DNA of 64,000 nt from the NCBI GenBank assembly GCA_001029715.1, contig CP011212.1, forward strand, positions 398,936-462,935, written 5' to 3'. The DNA is from a candidate division TM6 bacterium GW2011_GWF2_28_16. GTDB lineage: Bacteria; Patescibacteriota; Microgenomatia; UBA1400; PJMF01. Positions 58,235 to 64,000 of this stretch are shown here, piece by piece (positions within the stretch are counted from its first letter, which is position 1; each line of letters starts with the position of its first letter). The position numbers and the translations under genes were made by a program. The notes beneath the pieces are model-generated. The model worked only from the letters and a program-made list of their open reading frames with translations. It ran no database searches and had not been told where the DNA came from.

Positions 58235-58873
58235 ATGAAAATTAATATTTTAACTATTTTTCCAGATTTCTTTAAGACTCCTCTTGAAACTTCGATCTTA
58301 AAGCGTGCTTTGGCTAAAGAAGCGATTGAGTTTAAGATTATAAATTTGCGTGATTTTGCGGAGGGTAAACATCAAACTACCGATCAGCGACCTTTTGGTG
58401 GTGGTCCAGGCATGGTCATGATGATTGAGCCTATTGATAAGGCTTTGCAGTCTTTAGGTCTTAGTAAGGGTCAAAAAAATAAAAGAATTCTTTTAACTTC
58501 TGCCAAAGGTAATTTATTTACTCAAGAAGTAGCCAGAGATTTTTCTTCTTTAGATGAATTAACCTTAATTTGTGGTCATTATGAAGGAGTTGATGAAAGA
58601 GTTGCTTTGTACTTAATAGATGCAGAAATCAGGATTGGTGACTATGTTTTAACCGGTGGTGAAACAGCTTCTTTAGTTATTGCTGACGCCGTAACAAGGC
58701 TAATTCCAGGTGTTTTAGGCAACGAGCTAAGTAATCAAGACGAATCACATAGCCAGCCTGGTAAAATGGCTCATCCACAGTTTACCAAACCAGTTGAATA
58801 CAAGGGTTGGAATGTGCCAGAAGTTTTACTTTCTGGAAATCATCAAAAAATTAAAGATTGGCGCACTCACTAA
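58235..58873 (+). CDS. trmD: tRNA (guanine37-N1)-methyltransferase
   Basis: MKINILTIFPDFF start. GGGPGMVMM and LTGGE blocks of the SPOUT TrmD family. Confidence 0.85.
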   Translation: MKINILTIFPDFFKTPLETSILKRALAKEAIEFKIINLRDFAEGKHQTTDQRPFGGGPGMVMMIEPIDKALQSLGLSKGQKNKRILLTSAKGNLFTQEVARDFSSLDELTLICGHYEGVDERVALYLIDAEIRIGDYVLTGGETASLVIADAVTRLIPGVLGNELSNQDESHSQPGKMAHPQFTKPVEYKGWNVPEVLLSGNHQKIKDWRTH

Positions 58874-59735
58874 TTACTTCTTTGATAGTTTTTTGCTTAA
58901 AATCTAAAATATTTTTGATTTTATCAATATTTAAAGCAGTATTTTTTTGATAAGGACGGTTGCTTGTCTCTAAATATTTAGCCAAAGAACCTGCTTTAAG
59001 ATCAAAATTAAGAGCAAACTTTTCATTAATAAGCTTGGCAAACTCAAAGTCTGTCCAGGATTCACCAGATGTAGCGTGATAAATTCCGGTCATTTTTTTA
59101 TTAATTACAAAGTCGATAATTTTAACGAAATCATTAATATAAGTTGGTCCGAAGTAATGATCACTAAACTGTGGATAAAGTTTGTTATTTTTCATGCCGT
59201 CTATAATTCTGTGCAAGGTGTCAACTTTTTCAAAAGCATCACTTCTGAAAGGTTGGTCGATACGCAAAATTGTCCAATCAATATTACTATTGGTAATGGC
59301 TTCCTCAGCCAAAGCTTTAGTTTTGCCATACCATTCAATTGGGTTAGTTTTGTCAGTTTCGACATACATTTCTTTTTTTTCACCGTCAAAAACATAAGCA
59401 GTGGAAAGGTGAATCAGATGTTTGCCTGTTTCTGCACAAGCTTTAACTAAGTTTTCCGTACCTCTCACGTTAACCGCATAACAAACTCCATTTACATCTC
59501 CAGTTTGTTGCCAAGCTCCGGTGACATCAGTGTAAGCTGCCATATGAACTACGAATTTAGAATCTGAAGTAGATAAAACAGACATGACTTGTTTTTCGTT
59601 GGTAATGTCAATTGGTCTAGATTCGTTGCGTAGATCTAAATTATCAAATTCATATTTATCTGCAAAATCTTTGACAAATCTAGAGCCAACTAGTCCGTTT
59701 AAACCAGTACCGAGAAGAGGAATTTTATTATCCAT
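58851..59735 (-). CDS. rmlD: dTDP-4-dehydrorhamnose reductase (RmlD-like)
   Basis: LLGTGLNGLVGSRF Rossmann motif. Y-x3-K (YGKTK). 294 aa. Adjacent to rmlB. Confidence 0.7.
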   Translation of the reverse strand: MDNKIPLLGTGLNGLVGSRFVKDFADKYEFDNLDLRNESRPIDITNEKQVMSVLSTSDSKFVVHMAAYTDVTGAWQQTGDVNGVCYAVNVRGTENLVKACAETGKHLIHLSTAYVFDGEKKEMYVETDKTNPIEWYGKTKALAEEAITNSNIDWTILRIDQPFRSDAFEKVDTLHRIIDGMKNNKLYPQFSDHYFGPTYINDFVKIIDFVINKKMTGIYHATSGESWTDFEFAKLINEKFALNFDLKAGSLAKYLETSNRPYQKNTALNIDKIKNILDFKQKTIKEVISECANL

Positions 59736-59748
59736 GATGAAACCTTTC

Positions 59749-60765
59749 TTATGTGTCGTATTGTTTATTAAAATAAGCTTGATTGTTTGTTTTGAGTGGT
59801 CTCCACCAATTTTGATTATTTTGATACCAAGCCACAGTTTTTTTTAAGCCTTCTTCCAAACTCACGCTAGGTTGCCAACCCAAAGCTTCTTGGGTTTTTG
59901 TAAAATCAACACTATAACGACGATCGTGACCAGGACGATCTTTGATATACTCGATGGCATTTTCGTCTTTACCCATAATCTTAATAATCATTTTGATCAG
60001 ATCAAGATTATTAACATCTTTATAAAGTCCACCGAAAAGATAAGTTTTGGCATTTTCGCCATTTTGTAAGATTAGATCGATGCCTTTACAGTGATCTTGA
60101 ACATAAAGCCAGTCCCGCACATAAAGTCCATCACCATAAATAGGGACTTTTTTATCATCAATTAAATTGGTGATGGCTAGGGGAATCATTTTTTCTGGGA
60201 AATGATATTCGCCATAATTATTAGAGCAGTTGCTTAAAGTAAATGGTAGACCATAGGTGTCGCCATAAGCGCGCACCAGATGATCAGAAGCGGCTTTTGA
60301 GGCAGAATAAGGACTATGAGGATTATAAGCTGTTTCTTCATTGAATTTTTCATTAGAGCCAAGTTCTAAAGCTCCAAAAACTTCATCAGTCGAAATATGA
60401 TGAAAACGTTTGACTTTGTGTTTGAGAGCGGCGTCTAGTAAAACCTGTGTGCCGAGAATATTAGTTTCAAGGAAAATAGCAGGTTCCATGATGGAACGAT
60501 CGACGTGAGATTCGGCAGCAAAATGAACAACCACGTCTACGTCTTCCATAATTTTATTGACGAGCTGACCATCTCTAATGTCACCTTGAATAAATTTATA
60601 TTGAGGATTGTTTTCAATATCCTTTAAAGTGCTGAGGTTGCCGGCATAGGTCAATAAATCTAGATTAATAATTTTATCTTCAGGATGATTCTGGAGATAA
60701 TAATGAACGAAGTTGGAACCGATAAAACCAGCACCACCAGTGATGAGTAAAGTTTGACTTTGCAT
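59749..60765 (-). CDS. rmlB: dTDP-glucose 4,6-dehydratase
   Basis: LITGGAGFIGSNFV and YSASKAASDHLVRAY. Confidence 0.9.
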   Translation of the reverse strand: MQSQTLLITGGAGFIGSNFVHYYLQNHPEDKIINLDLLTYAGNLSTLKDIENNPQYKFIQGDIRDGQLVNKIMEDVDVVVHFAAESHVDRSIMEPAIFLETNILGTQVLLDAALKHKVKRFHHISTDEVFGALELGSNEKFNEETAYNPHSPYSASKAASDHLVRAYGDTYGLPFTLSNCSNNYGEYHFPEKMIPLAITNLIDDKKVPIYGDGLYVRDWLYVQDHCKGIDLILQNGENAKTYLFGGLYKDVNNLDLIKMIIKIMGKDENAIEYIKDRPGHDRRYSVDFTKTQEALGWQPSVSLEEGLKKTVAWYQNNQNWWRPLKTNNQAYFNKQYDT

Positions 60766-60767
60766 AA

Positions 60768-60938
60768 TTAAAAATCCATTTCTTCTATTTTAGTTTCTAG
60801 TTTTTCTAGCTTGTTTTCTAAAAGTTTGTATTTTTTCTTTTCCACACTCAGAGAAGACTGATAAAAACCTGCCATAAAAGCTAAGACGATAATTGCAACC
60901 AGCATCAGACGAATAAGATTTTTAGTTGAAGATGGCAT
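60768..60938 (-). CDS. Small TM plus coiled-coil protein (56 aa), hypothetical
   Basis: MPSSTKNLIRLMLVAIIVLAFMAGFYQ... fills the gap between the LCP gene and rmlB. Start overlaps the LCP 3' end by 17 nt. Confidence 0.3.
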   Translation of the reverse strand: MPSSTKNLIRLMLVAIIVLAFMAGFYQSSLSVEKKKYKLLENKLEKLETKIEEMDF

Positions 60939-62031
60939 TGATACTTTCTGTAAATTTAATTTGATCTTTTATTTGATAGATCCATTGTTGTTTACTCTGC
61001 CAGAGCGGAGGATTGAAGATGACTCCGTTTTCATCATCTGGATAAATGCTTAATTGATGCTTTTCAAAAGAAATCTCTGTAGAAGTATTTTTACTTATAT
61101 AATCAATAAAAACAGTTCCAATTTGGATAATTTCTTCAGTACTAATATTTTTAGCGAAACGATCTAGATAAAAACGATAGAGCTGCCCAAATACTTCTGG
61201 GTTTCTAGTTTTTAAGATTTTATCAAAAATAGCTTCTAAAACTAATTGCTGTCTTTGAGCTCTTGCTTCATCAGTGCCCTCATCTCCCTCGCTGTGGCGA
61301 CTACGCATGTATTTCAAAGCCAGACTGCTATCCATTTCTTGAAAGCCAGTCTTAAAACTAACCTCTTCATAAAGTAATTTAGGATCAGTAATTTCACTAA
61401 CATCTACATCTTGAATTGGGAAAAGAGGATCGGTAAAAGCAATTGGCACGTCAATTTCTACTCCACCAAGGATATCAATCATTTTTTCTAAATCTTCAAT
61501 GCCCATGACAATGGTGTGATCTGCCTTAAAATTGCTAATTTCAGCAATGACTTCTTCTGGGAATTTCTCTGGAGTTTCTGGATATCTATCTTTGCCATAA
61601 AAATATAAAGCGTTAATTTTAGTCTGATAATTTTCTACGTATAAATCTCTTGGCAAGGAAAGAGTTTTGATTTTGCCATTTTTAAAGTCTGCTTGTAAAA
61701 GCATGACTGTGTCAGTTAGTTCTGGATCTCCATCTCTGCCACTGAGCTTATCGGTTCCTAGGATTAAAAAATTATATTTTTGAGCTAATTCCGAGACATT
61801 ATTTAAATTATCTTGAAATTGATTTAGAGAAATCGAAGCGGTATCAAGAACTTCTTCTTTGCTAAGTTCAGCTGCCTTGGCGAAGTCTTTAATGATTTTG
61901 TTAGTTTTGATGCTAAAGTAGATAAAAAGTGAAATAAAACTTAAAAATAAGAGTCCAAAGAACCAAAGTATCAATTTAAAAATAAGACTTGGCTTCTTAT
62001 ACTCGAGAGTAACAGTTAAATCTTGTTTCAT
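60922..62031 (-). CDS. LytR-CpsA-Psr (LCP) family glycopolymer transferase
   Basis: N-terminal TM. FLILGTD...RDGDPELTDTVMLL...LSLPRDLYV block typical of the LCP catalytic domain. Confidence 0.8.
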   Translation of the reverse strand: MKQDLTVTLEYKKPSLIFKLILWFFGLLFLSFISLFIYFSIKTNKIIKDFAKAAELSKEEVLDTASISLNQFQDNLNNVSELAQKYNFLILGTDKLSGRDGDPELTDTVMLLQADFKNGKIKTLSLPRDLYVENYQTKINALYFYGKDRYPETPEKFPEEVIAEISNFKADHTIVMGIEDLEKMIDILGGVEIDVPIAFTDPLFPIQDVDVSEITDPKLLYEEVSFKTGFQEMDSSLALKYMRSRHSEGDEGTDEARAQRQQLVLEAIFDKILKTRNPEVFGQLYRFYLDRFAKNISTEEIIQIGTVFIDYISKNTSTEISFEKHQLSIYPDDENGVIFNPPLWQSKQQWIYQIKDQIKFTESINAIFN

Positions 62032-62088
62032 TAAACTTGAGTATATTGGAAAAGTCGCTTATTTTCAAAGAGAAAAAAGTCGAATAGA

Positions 62089-63594
62089 ATGAAAGTTAAT
62101 ATGGATGAACACGAAATTTTACCAACTGATGACCTGACAAGTGAGTTGAGTGGTGAGGAAATTGCAGAAATTAAGAAAAAATCCGTCAAGGGTGTTGTCT
62201 CTTTTTTCGCACGAACCATAATTTTGCAAGGAGTTGGTTTGGTTTCAGCCTTCATATTAAGTGCTTTTCTATCTCCAGAAGATTTTGGTATTTTTGGGAT
62301 TGTTACGCAAATTATTGCTTTGCTTGTTTTCTTTTCTGACATCGGATTAGCAGCAGCTCTAATTCAAAAAAAAGCTGAGCCTACGGAAGATGACTATAAA
62401 ACGGCTTTCACAGTGCAATTAATTTTGGCTTGGACAATTTTCTTTATTGTTCTGGCAATTATTAAATTAGGTTTTTTAAATGTAAAAATTGGCAACGAAG
62501 GAATTCTAGTACTTTTAGCCTTGGCAATTTCTTTTCCTTTGGCAACTTTCAAAACCATTCCTTCAATTATTCTTGAGAGAAAATTAGACTTTAATAAATT
62601 AGTTTTGCCACAAATTTTTGAGCAAGTGGTTTTTCATTCAATTTTAATAGTTATGGCCTGGAAAGGTTATGGCGTAGCTTCTTATTTTTATGCTATTTTA
62701 TTTCGTAGCGTCATTGGTTTAATAGTGATTCAAATTTTGCAACCTTGGTTTCCAAAAATTAAAATTGATAGGCAGTCACTCAAAGGTTTACTTAGTTTTG
62801 GTTTCAAATTTCAACTCAATGATTTTTTAGCCCGCATCAAAGATCAGCTTTATTTCTTGGTTCTAGGAGCATTCTTGCCACTTAAAGATTTTGGCTACAT
62901 GCAGTGGTCAAAAAATTGGTCTATGTATCCATATAATTTAACTGTGCAGAATGTCATGTCAATTACTTTTCCAACTTTTTCGAGATTACAAAATCATAAA
63001 GATTTACTTAAAAAAGCCATTGAGAAATCACTTTATTTTATTTCTTTATTTATTTTTCCAATCTTAATTGGCATGTCTATCTTTATTTATCCTTTAACTG
63101 AGCTGGTGGATAAATACACTAAATGGCAGCCAGCGATCTTTTCTTTTGTTTTATTCTCACTTAGTGTGGCTTGGTCGGCAATTTCAACTCCACTTATTAA
63201 TAGTCTAAATGCGATTGGCAAGATTAACCAAACTTTGAAATTAATGACCATGTGGACTGTTTTAACTTGGGTTTTAACTCCAGTCTTAGTTTGGAAATTT
63301 GGTTTTAATGGCGTAGCTATTGCTGCTTTTTTAATATCTTTTACTTCTATTTTTTCAGTATTCATGACCAAAAAATATGTAGCTATAGAAGTGATGAGAA
63401 ATATTTGGCCACAATTAGTAGCAAGTCTTTTTATGGCTGTTTTTGGATTTTTAGGAATCAAATATTGGGGCTTAAGTTATCGTAATTTCTTTTTTGGTGG
63501 TTTTGCTTCATTTTTACTTTATGCTGTGGTGTTTTTTGTCTTATCTAAGAATAGGTTTTTAGAGGAAATTAAAAGTTTAAGAAAAAATTTATGA
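62089..63594 (+). CDS. wzx: Polysaccharide/oligosaccharide flippase (Wzx, MOP superfamily)
   Basis: 501 aa, ~12-14 TM. Polysaccharide biosynthesis protein family composition. Confidence 0.7.
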   Translation: MKVNMDEHEILPTDDLTSELSGEEIAEIKKKSVKGVVSFFARTIILQGVGLVSAFILSAFLSPEDFGIFGIVTQIIALLVFFSDIGLAAALIQKKAEPTEDDYKTAFTVQLILAWTIFFIVLAIIKLGFLNVKIGNEGILVLLALAISFPLATFKTIPSIILERKLDFNKLVLPQIFEQVVFHSILIVMAWKGYGVASYFYAILFRSVIGLIVIQILQPWFPKIKIDRQSLKGLLSFGFKFQLNDFLARIKDQLYFLVLGAFLPLKDFGYMQWSKNWSMYPYNLTVQNVMSITFPTFSRLQNHKDLLKKAIEKSLYFISLFIFPILIGMSIFIYPLTELVDKYTKWQPAIFSFVLFSLSVAWSAISTPLINSLNAIGKINQTLKLMTMWTVLTWVLTPVLVWKFGFNGVAIAAFLISFTSIFSVFMTKKYVAIEVMRNIWPQLVASLFMAVFGFLGIKYWGLSYRNFFFGGFASFLLYAVVFFVLSKNRFLEEIKSLRKNL

Positions 63595-64000
63595 AGAAGA
63601 ATTTTTTGCTTTATTTAATTTTTTTTCTTGTCTTGTTTAGTCATTTTTTTCTTTTAAAAGATGGGGTTATTCCTTTTCAATTTGATCATGGTAAAGATTC
63701 TCTAGCAGTCATGGACATGTGGTTAAATAAAAACCCCAAATTAATCGGTCCGTGGACGAGTATTCCTGGTTTGTATTTTGGTCCAGCTTGGTATTATTTA
63801 CTCTTGCCAGCTTTTCTAATTGGGGCTTGGAATCCAGTCTCTGCAGTTTGGTTGATGGTTTTATTACTTTTGGTACAAATTTATTTAGCCTATCGTTATT
63901 TAGGTAAAGAAGAAGCCTTTATTATGGCGACTGCACCAATGTGGTTAATGATTTCTACTAGTGCTTGGAACCCATTCCCAATGACTTTTGTTTCACTTAT
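63591..64000 (+). CDS. GT-C fold membrane glycosyltransferase (ArnT-like), partial; paralog of 52229-53773
   Basis: ATG overlaps the wzx stop (ATGA). FDHGKDSLAVMDMWLNKNPKLIGPWTSIPGLYFGPAWYYLLLP parallels the paralog. Open to the window end. Confidence 0.55.
   Translation, partial: MKKNFLLYLIFFLVLFSHFFLLKDGVIPFQFDHGKDSLAVMDMWLNKNPKLIGPWTSIPGLYFGPAWYYLLLPAFLIGAWNPVSAVWLMVLLLLVQIYLAYRYLGKEEAFIMATAPMWLMISTSAWNPFPMTFVSL

Noticed and set aside
62031-62342. 103-aa minus-strand ORF upstream of the LCP gene
   Set aside because: It is antisense to the 5' end of wzx, has odd composition and no start context. It lies in the divergent promoter region.
1-64000. CRISPR arrays, rRNA genes, IS elements
   Set aside because: No regularly spaced direct repeats, rRNA-like conserved blocks or transposase-like ORFs were seen in the window.

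Overview
This is an AT-rich (roughly one-third GC), gene-dense bacterial chromosomal segment, almost entirely coding on both strands with short or overlapping gene junctions. The left ~16 kb is housekeeping, with one ~800-bp non-coding gap upstream of aspS that holds an sRNA-like unit and two tiny SD-preceded ORFs. It carries metG' (partial), rmuC, an alpha/beta hydrolase, a GAD-less aspS, a D,D-carboxypeptidase, gltX, ybeY, dnaX-ybaB, rdgB, class I aldolase fbaB and a P-type ATPase. The middle holds tRNA-Glu(CUC) flanked divergently by lineage-specific orphan genes, including an unexplained 738-aa plus 290-aa pair and a four-gene surface/CAP-domain cluster. It continues with rmlA, frr, rseP, a DUF3048 lipoprotein, a wHTH-nucleotidyltransferase regulator with an inverted-repeat operator, secDF, cca, recJ, a DsbA-like oxidoreductase, prmC and a GT4 glycosyltransferase interrupted by one in-frame TAA. 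A fermentative module follows (pflB, pflA, ADP-forming acetyl-CoA synthetase), then a fused coaD-coaE and xth. Next is an odd signalling island: a Pol-beta nucleotidyltransferase overlapping a soluble histidine kinase, an attenuator-like leader RNA, tRNA-Gln(CUG), a pseudo-receiver OmpR-type regulator and a stand-alone GHKL ATPase. The right ~15 kb is a cell-envelope glycan locus with three paralogous GT-C membrane glycosyltransferases, two polyprenol-phosphate-sugar GT2 synthases, gmd/rmd, ugd, rmlD/rmlB, an LCP protein and a Wzx flippase, with trmD embedded. Gene content (PFL plus ACD fermentation, FbaB, many small membrane orphans, compact genome) suggests a small-genome, possibly Patescibacteria/CPR-like organism; this is inference only. 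No CRISPR array, rRNA, integrase or transposase was seen.
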